Source: Candidatus Nanohaloarchaea archaeon (GTDB taxonomy: Archaea; Nanohalarchaeota; Nanosalinia; Nanosalinales; Nanosalinaceae). Taken from it: DNA of 21,421 nt. The notes beneath the pieces were generated by a model, which was not told where the DNA came from, made no database searches, and saw only the letters and a list, made by a program, of their open reading frames with translations. A program made the position numbers and the translations under genes. This document shows positions 15,669 to 21,421 of this stretch, in pieces (the stretch's first letter is position 1; the number at the start of each line of letters is the position of its first letter). Location of the stretch: positions 1 to 21,421 of the forward strand of contig JBLGBN010000015.1 of NCBI GenBank assembly GCA_047617745.1. Direction: 5' to 3'.

Positions 15669-16673
15669 ATGAAAGGGAAAACTCAGCTACTTGAAGAAGA
15701 TGGAACCGAATTCGGATCGAATACCAGTGACATCGGGGAGAAACTAGAAGAGGCAGACGGCCAAGATACTGAGCTAGAAATCGCCAATGAACTCCTTGAA
15801 CCTGAGGAAAACGTATTCTCAAAGCGTTTACCTACCTTAGGCATCACTAAGGCAGGCTATTTCGCGGCAAAGCCCGAAGACTGGTTACTCTCGGGAAAAA
15901 ACGAGCCAACCGATAACGCATTCTTCCGAAATTTCGGGCTTGAAATAGGAGCAGGCGCAGTTATAGGAGCAGTAGGAGCACATGCCTTTGACCCTACAGG
16001 GCTCTATACCCAAGCCCTCACAGATCCAGATCCGGTGAATATAGGTATAGCTGCGACTGCAGGCCTTGTCGGGAATTCGCTCTACGGAGCGGCTGTTGGA
16101 GGTGCAGGCGGGGGTATACAGAACGTGGCACGATCAATGCTAGGTGCAACACTGGCAGCCTCAGGAGCAACTTATTCGTTTATGACAAACAACGCACTTC
16201 GGGGTCTAGAACAGGCGGAAAAATATCTTAGGGCTAACGAAGAGAGCGAATTAGCAGACTATACTGTTAAAGCATTTGATAAGGTTACCTCAGACGCTGA
16301 AGCACTCTACGACAGACTTACAGGGAACAAGGTTACCCAGACTTACAGTCCGGAGTCTCTTGATGAACTTGAAGAAGGGTTTAGAGATCTGGAAAGATTC
16401 GGAGAGGTAAGGGAGCTCGAAACCTCTTTCCAGGTGCTGACCGATAAATCGGAAATATCGGAGATAATTGACTACCTACAGAATGAAGATGAAATCGAAG
16501 TAAGAGATGAAGATATACAGATTGAAGAAACACAAAAAGGTAGAACCGCTACCTACCGCGGCGAAGTAGACTTTGCCCATAATATAGAAGGAGAGAACTA
16601 CCGCAGCGATGATTATGCAATAGAGTTCGAGGCCATTGTTAACAAATCCGACATAGAAAAAATAAAGTTCTAA
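15669..16673 (+). CDS. Hypothetical protein with glycine-zipper membrane segments
   Basis: 334 aa with acidic termini flanking GAGAVIGAVG and GAAVGGAGGG stretches. Confidence 0.8.
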   Translation: MKGKTQLLEEDGTEFGSNTSDIGEKLEEADGQDTELEIANELLEPEENVFSKRLPTLGITKAGYFAAKPEDWLLSGKNEPTDNAFFRNFGLEIGAGAVIGAVGAHAFDPTGLYTQALTDPDPVNIGIAATAGLVGNSLYGAAVGGAGGGIQNVARSMLGATLAASGATYSFMTNNALRGLEQAEKYLRANEESELADYTVKAFDKVTSDAEALYDRLTGNKVTQTYSPESLDELEEGFRDLERFGEVRELETSFQVLTDKSEISEIIDYLQNEDEIEVRDEDIQIEETQKGRTATYRGEVDFAHNIEGENYRSDDYAIEFEAIVNKSDIEKIKF

Positions 16674-16746
16674 TTTTTCTCCATTAATAACCCGTTAACC
16701 CCGGCACGTATCTGACAAATATAACATTTTAACCATAAGTGAAGGT

Positions 16747-17982
16747 ATGGAAACGAAAAATAAAGGAACGTCTGAAAATCTCCTAGAGGACCCTTTTACA
16801 CCTGACAAAGCGCTTGACGCCGGTCCGGGAATTGAAGACAGCATACCAAATAACGAGCCAGTAGAGACCGGAACTATAGCAGAAAGCAGGGATGAAAACG
16901 TTTTAGGCTCCAGGCTTAGAGGTATTGAAAGAGATAGTATAATCAGTTTCGAGGCAGCGAACAAGGCAGGAGCTACGTTAAGCCTAGGAAGCCTGCTTTA
17001 TATCTCCGCAATCCATAACAGCGTCCCGGAAAAAATTCAGGAAAGTCTACCAGAAGAGTTGTCCGAATACGATGAACTTCCCGGCCATGACGAGCTGGAC
17101 GAACTAGTTGAATACATTCCGGAAGATGTCAGGGAAACCAGCGCAGAAGCTTTCAATCAGATTCTAGACGAGGCGCCCGAAGACATCCCCGCAGAGGAGT
17201 ACCTCAAAGACATAGAAAGTATTGAAGAACGATTGATGGAGAATATCGACGAAGAAGAGATAATACACCACCTCAACAAGGATACAACAGAGTGGAGCGA
17301 GCTTGAAGGCATCGAACCTGTAGACAACTATGGCGACCTGATTGAGCAGTGGCCTTCTTTCTTAGAGAACGGCCCAGATATCATATTAACAGGTTTCGAC
17401 GAGATAGCTCATTTCGGCATAGGAGGCTATATGGCAAGCCTAGGCGCCAGAACAGTAGATAAAGCAACCGGAGACTATGACCCAAAGAAAGTCGCTCTAG
17501 GCGGAATGGTTACCGTCCCACTCTATGCGGTCACGAAAGAGGGATGGTACGAGGGAGGAAACGATATTGACTTCCATCTGCAGAGCGCAGACGTTATGGG
17601 CGACTGGATCATGGATACTCTCGGGGCATCCTACGGAACCTGGAGATACCACAAAAAGAAAACCGCTAGCGAGGAAACAGACCCCGGTATATCGGGGAAA
17701 CTTGCCAGAAAAATAGGCAGAGCATACGGGAGAGCCGAACACATGCTAGAGAACGACTCCTATGACAATCAGAAAGATGTGATAAAAGGAACTGATTTAG
17801 ATGATTTAGAAATAGCTCTGGATGACTCACAGAATTACGGAGAAAGTGGCATCCTGGCCGAAACCTATCTTGAAACTGACCGCGAACCAGGGTACGAGAC
17901 CGGTGAAGAGAACCAGATAACTGCAGGTCTGGAACCCGGAGATATCGATGCAGTATCTAATGAGAATTCAGCGGCTTCCTGA
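16747..17982 (+). CDS. Acidic hypothetical protein with VanZ/YfiM-like membrane module
   Basis: 411 aa. FDEIAHFG...TKEG...D...D...DTLG pattern. Confidence 0.75.
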   Translation: METKNKGTSENLLEDPFTPDKALDAGPGIEDSIPNNEPVETGTIAESRDENVLGSRLRGIERDSIISFEAANKAGATLSLGSLLYISAIHNSVPEKIQESLPEELSEYDELPGHDELDELVEYIPEDVRETSAEAFNQILDEAPEDIPAEEYLKDIESIEERLMENIDEEEIIHHLNKDTTEWSELEGIEPVDNYGDLIEQWPSFLENGPDIILTGFDEIAHFGIGGYMASLGARTVDKATGDYDPKKVALGGMVTVPLYAVTKEGWYEGGNDIDFHLQSADVMGDWIMDTLGASYGTWRYHKKKTASEETDPGISGKLARKIGRAYGRAEHMLENDSYDNQKDVIKGTDLDDLEIALDDSQNYGESGILAETYLETDREPGYETGEENQITAGLEPGDIDAVSNENSAAS

Positions 17983-17985
17983 AAC

Positions 17986-18363
17986 CTAATTTTTCTGTCG
18001 ACTACTGCAGAAAGCAACTGTTAATGCGAAAAGGGTCAAACCGAAATCTCTGATCGCAAGATCCCATAAACCTAGATTTGCCAGCTGCAGAGTTATCGCC
18101 GCCAGGTAGATCGAGGTTCCCAGCGCAATGTAGAAAGTTTTCTCTCCGGATAGAAGCAGAGCTCCCAGAGCCACTTCGAAAAGACCTCCAATCATGGTCA
18201 GCTGGCGGCCTGTAGCAGGAAGTAGGTCAATCAGGAACCGAGGCTCATAACCAAGCCAGAAGTCAATGATGACAAACTTTGAAAGCCCCGCCACTATCAT
18301 GAAAAACCCCAAGCTATAGGCAGGAATATTTTCTTCACCCAGCGTAACTTTTCCAAACTCCAT
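17986..18363 (-). CDS. DoxX-family membrane protein
   Basis: FFMIVAGLSKF, GLFEVALGALLL, AIRDFGL. Confidence 0.8.
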   Translation of the reverse strand: MEFGKVTLGEENIPAYSLGFFMIVAGLSKFVIIDFWLGYEPRFLIDLLPATGRQLTMIGGLFEVALGALLLSGEKTFYIALGTSIYLAAITLQLANLGLWDLAIRDFGLTLFALTVAFCSSRQKN

Positions 18364-18417
18364 ACCACTAGTACATCAAAGGAAATGGTTAAAACTTCTG
18401 CAACCGGATTAACTAAT

Positions 18418-18852
18418 ATGAAATGCCAAATTTGTATGCTGGCGCTGATTGTTGCTGCATCCGGATGCCTTCATACCACAGCTACAGCAGACACACAGCC
18501 TGACGAAACTTCATCACCCGCAGAACCTGTTGATTACTCGGACACCAGAACAATCTACTTCACAGGTTCCGATTTCCAGCCCTCGAGCTTAACCATCGAA
18601 CAGGGAGATACCGTCACCTGGATAAATAACGCCTCCACCAGCATGTGGGTTGCGTCAGATCAGCATCCTACACATACAGAATATGAAGGATCTACCCTAA
18701 GAGAACACTGCCAGAACGGTGATCAAACAACTTCTGCTTTTGATCAGTGTTCGACAGGGGACGAGTTCAGCTTCACGTTCGAGAAAACAGGAGAATGGAG
18801 CTACCATAACCACCAGCCGTTTGCAAGAGGCGGAACGATAACAGTAAGATGA
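18418..18852 (+). CDS. Cupredoxin-fold (plastocyanin-like) lipoprotein, non-canonical ligands
   Basis: Lipobox AASGC, FQPSSLTIEQGDTVTWIN, FSFTFEKTGEWSYHNH. Start placed at MKCQ. Confidence 0.85.
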   Translation: MKCQICMLALIVAASGCLHTTATADTQPDETSSPAEPVDYSDTRTIYFTGSDFQPSSLTIEQGDTVTWINNASTSMWVASDQHPTHTEYEGSTLREHCQNGDQTTSAFDQCSTGDEFSFTFEKTGEWSYHNHQPFARGGTITVR

Positions 18853-18908
18853 ATCATACGTAGCTCCGGTAAAAATCTAATAAGGATCAACAGGTAATTG
18901 GAATTTCT

Positions 18909-20129
18909 ATGTCCGAACTGGAAGACGCGCAGGAAAATCTTCGTGAAGCCCTGAAATCTATCGGAAGAGAGCAATACTTTGAACATCTTAAAGACCCGAA
19001 ACGGTTCGTAGAGGTGAACTTCCCTGTCGAGATGGATGACGGGGAGCAGAAAATGTTCAAAGGCTTCAGATCTCAGCACTCTACGGCGAGAGGTCCTGCA
19101 AAGGGAGGAATAAGATTTTCTCCAAGAGTCAACGAGGAAGAGGTGAAGGCTCTCTCCATCTGGATGTCGCTGAAATGCGCGGTAGCAGATATACCCTATG
19201 GCGGAGCAAAAGGAGGAGTCACGGCCGACCCATCCGAACTCTCTGAAAGGGAAGAGCAGAGGTTATCAAGAAGGTACATAGATGCTGTAGCAGAGGTAAT
19301 CGGTGAGAACAGGGATATTCCGGCGCCGGACATGAATACCTCAGGCAAGCATATGGCCTGGATGATGGATGAGTACTCGGAAGATAACAGAGAAAATATT
19401 CCAGGAGTGATCACCGGTAAGCCTGTGGAAGCCTTCGGGAGCAAAGGTAGAGCCGAGGCAACAGGATACGGTACTGTCTACATAATAGAGAAAATGATCG
19501 AGGAGAGAAACCTTAAACCGGAAAATCTAACCGCTGCAGTACAGGGATTCGGTAACGCTGCAGCTCCTGCAGTCGAAAAGCTTGATGAACTCGGTATCAA
19601 GGTGGTCGCTGTCTCTGATTCTTCCGGCGCCACCTATAACGAGTACGGCTTCTCACACAGAGAGCTTGCTGAATGCCGCTACGAGGAAGGAACTGTCTGC
19701 AAGATAGGAGACGAGATATCGAACGAAGAACTTCTGGAGCTCGATGTGGATTTCCTGATTCCTGCAGCGATTGAAGGAGTGATAACGGAAGACAATGCTG
19801 ACGATATCCAGGCGGATTATATAGTTGAGATTGCAAACGGACCGACAACCCGGGAAGCAGATAGTATACTCGAAGAAAAGGATGTAAAGATGATACCGGA
19901 TATACTCGCTAACTCAGGTGGGGTAACAGTCAGCTACTACGAATGGGTTCAGAACCGGTCAGGCGAGTACTGGGAAAAGGAAAAAGTCCTGAATAAATTG
20001 AAAGATAACATTCAGGGAGCCTACTCAGAGTTCCAGGAAAAACAGCAACAAAATGATCTGTACGGCAGACAGGCTGCTTACGAGATGGGAGTAGAGAAAA
20101 TAGTTAAAGCAATCGAGGCAAGGAAATAA
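18909..20129 (+). CDS. gdhA: Glutamate dehydrogenase (Glu/Leu/Phe/Val family)
   Basis: RGPAKGGIRF, GGAKGG, DIPAPD, ITGKP, VQGFGN, EIANGP, PDILANSGGVTVSYYEWVQN. Confidence 0.95.
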   Translation: MSELEDAQENLREALKSIGREQYFEHLKDPKRFVEVNFPVEMDDGEQKMFKGFRSQHSTARGPAKGGIRFSPRVNEEEVKALSIWMSLKCAVADIPYGGAKGGVTADPSELSEREEQRLSRRYIDAVAEVIGENRDIPAPDMNTSGKHMAWMMDEYSEDNRENIPGVITGKPVEAFGSKGRAEATGYGTVYIIEKMIEERNLKPENLTAAVQGFGNAAAPAVEKLDELGIKVVAVSDSSGATYNEYGFSHRELAECRYEEGTVCKIGDEISNEELLELDVDFLIPAAIEGVITEDNADDIQADYIVEIANGPTTREADSILEEKDVKMIPDILANSGGVTVSYYEWVQNRSGEYWEKEKVLNKLKDNIQGAYSEFQEKQQQNDLYGRQAAYEMGVEKIVKAIEARK

Positions 20130-20177
20130 CAGCCACAAATTTAATTTTTGATATGATATCTCCTGATATAGATACCT

Positions 20178-21005
20178 ATGTCTAGGAGCCAAGAACTACC
20201 TGTAATGTTAGATACTGAAGGGTTAGCGGATGATATTGAACAACTAACTAACGAGACATCACTTAACAGAGCGCCGAGAGAAGACGAAGGATTCTTCAGA
20301 GACATTCTGGGCCAAAAAGGACCTGAGATAGCAGAAAGCTACAGAAAGGGGGATCTGGATTTTGAGCCCGAAAAATTAATTCTTCGTTCAACTAATCCTG
20401 CAAAATACGGTACAAGAACCAATAACACCTCCCAGCCCTTTAACTCACTTGATTTAGAGCCAAAGCAAGATTACCTGGAGATAAAATACACTATAGAGGG
20501 AAGTCTAGGTGGAGAAAGATGGCAGGAAGGACTATCCCAGATAGCAGATATTGAGTTAAGTAAAAGGTATCTAGATGCAGGTAGAGAATTCACGAATCGG
20601 TTAACAGAATCCGGATATGCTGAAGATATTTACCTGGAAAGTTTAGGGATTGTGCCCCCAGCCAGTACAGAAAATATAAGATTTGAAGACAGAACTTACG
20701 ACGAAGCAGCAGAAGAGATGACTAATCAAATCGAGAACGAAACCGAAATTAAAATTGAGTTCCAATACAGCGACCCCAAAGAAAAAGGCGAACGAGCTCG
20801 TCTTGTAAGCGATCTGATTTTGACCATAAACAATACCTCTGAACTAAACGGACACCTCGAAAAAGCCAACCTCGCTGAGGAAAAATTTGGGGATCTAGAA
20901 GGATGGGACGTCCCGTACTCCAAACAGGAGCATAAGGAAATAACCGGAGAGGTAAACGAAATCTTAACAGATATCGGATTCGAAACTGAAGTCAGTCAAT
21001 ACTAA
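20178..21005 (+). CDS. Hypothetical acidic protein
   Basis: 275-aa ORF with host-like composition and no recognised motif. Confidence 0.75.
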   Translation: MSRSQELPVMLDTEGLADDIEQLTNETSLNRAPREDEGFFRDILGQKGPEIAESYRKGDLDFEPEKLILRSTNPAKYGTRTNNTSQPFNSLDLEPKQDYLEIKYTIEGSLGGERWQEGLSQIADIELSKRYLDAGREFTNRLTESGYAEDIYLESLGIVPPASTENIRFEDRTYDEAAEEMTNQIENETEIKIEFQYSDPKEKGERARLVSDLILTINNTSELNGHLEKANLAEEKFGDLEGWDVPYSKQEHKEITGEVNEILTDIGFETEVSQY

Positions 21006-21009
21006 CAAG

Positions 21010-21026
21010 TCGAACCCTATTTAAAG
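21010..21026 (+). promoter_or_regulatory. rRNA promoter (BRE/TATA)
   Basis: CGAACCC-TATTTAAA at 21011-21025, upstream of the structured leader. Confidence 0.6.
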
Positions 21027-21044
21027 TTTTGAAGTGCTTCTTGG

Positions 21045-21339
21045 TATGCGAGCCGAGCACATGTGATGACGCTCGTAAGGAGTGGTTGATCCTTTATAAG
21101 ATTTAACTTAGACTACTTAGTATACCCGCCTAGTAACCGGGTGTATAGTTCGAGAGAACCAAGATGAGCGTAGTATTTTTACGTGATGTAGGAGAGACGG
21201 ACCCGAGTACAGTTTTTACTGTACTCATTTATTGCATGTAGCAATACACACATATGCGGTAGACAGTAGGGATACTGTCATTTGAGAAGGACTTTGTCCT
21301 TCGATATACCCGTCCAACCCGACTGAGAGATTGTCGGCA
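21045..21339 (+). other. Structured 16S rRNA 5' leader (ETS)
   Basis: Hairpins at 21121-45, 21205-26, 21262-79, 21286-302 and 21319-37. GACGG(21196)/CCGTC(21310) closes a multibranch. Confidence 0.75.
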
Positions 21340-21421
21340 ATTCCGGTTGATCCTGCCGGAGGCTACTGCTATCGGAGTCCGATTTAGCCATGCTAGTCCA
21401 CCGAGTCTTTGACTTGGGGCG
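21340..21421 (+). rRNA. rrs: 16S rRNA, 5' end (truncated by window)
   Basis: ATTCCGGTTGATCCTGCCGGA...CTGCTATCGG...GCCATGC is the conserved archaeal 16S start. Confidence 0.97.

Noticed and set aside
21084..21093. GGTTGATCCT copy of the 16S 5'-end sequence in the leader
   Set aside because: Only 10 nt and part of a local AAGGA/TCCTT hairpin, so chance cannot be excluded.

Overview
Compact archaeal chromosome segment with a strongly acidic proteome, very short intergenic spacers and many apparently leaderless genes. By inference it is a halophilic DPANN archaeon, most likely Nanohaloarchaeota. The left end (1-2830) is an AT-richer accessory island. It encodes two proteins with an N-terminal coiled coil, an internal twin-arginine (Tat) signal and phage tail-fibre-like motifs, plus two paralogous signal-less small proteins, and each unit is followed by the same 18-bp repeat. 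Next come a Nudix hydrolase, a long coiled-coil protein, tRNA-Glu, and a three-gene split ATP-citrate lyase (citryl-CoA synthetase beta/alpha plus citryl-CoA lyase) with a HAD gene inside. These are followed by an orphan CheD-like deamidase, PduO adenosyltransferase, LplA with a degenerate paralogue, tRNA-Leu and an SDR. An unannotated box C/D guide sRNA follows, whose guides may target the 23S peptidyl-transferase centre. The right part holds an MFS transporter, tRNA-His, hypothetical membrane proteins, DoxX, a non-canonical cupredoxin, GdhA, and the rRNA promoter, structured leader and 5' end of 16S rRNA.
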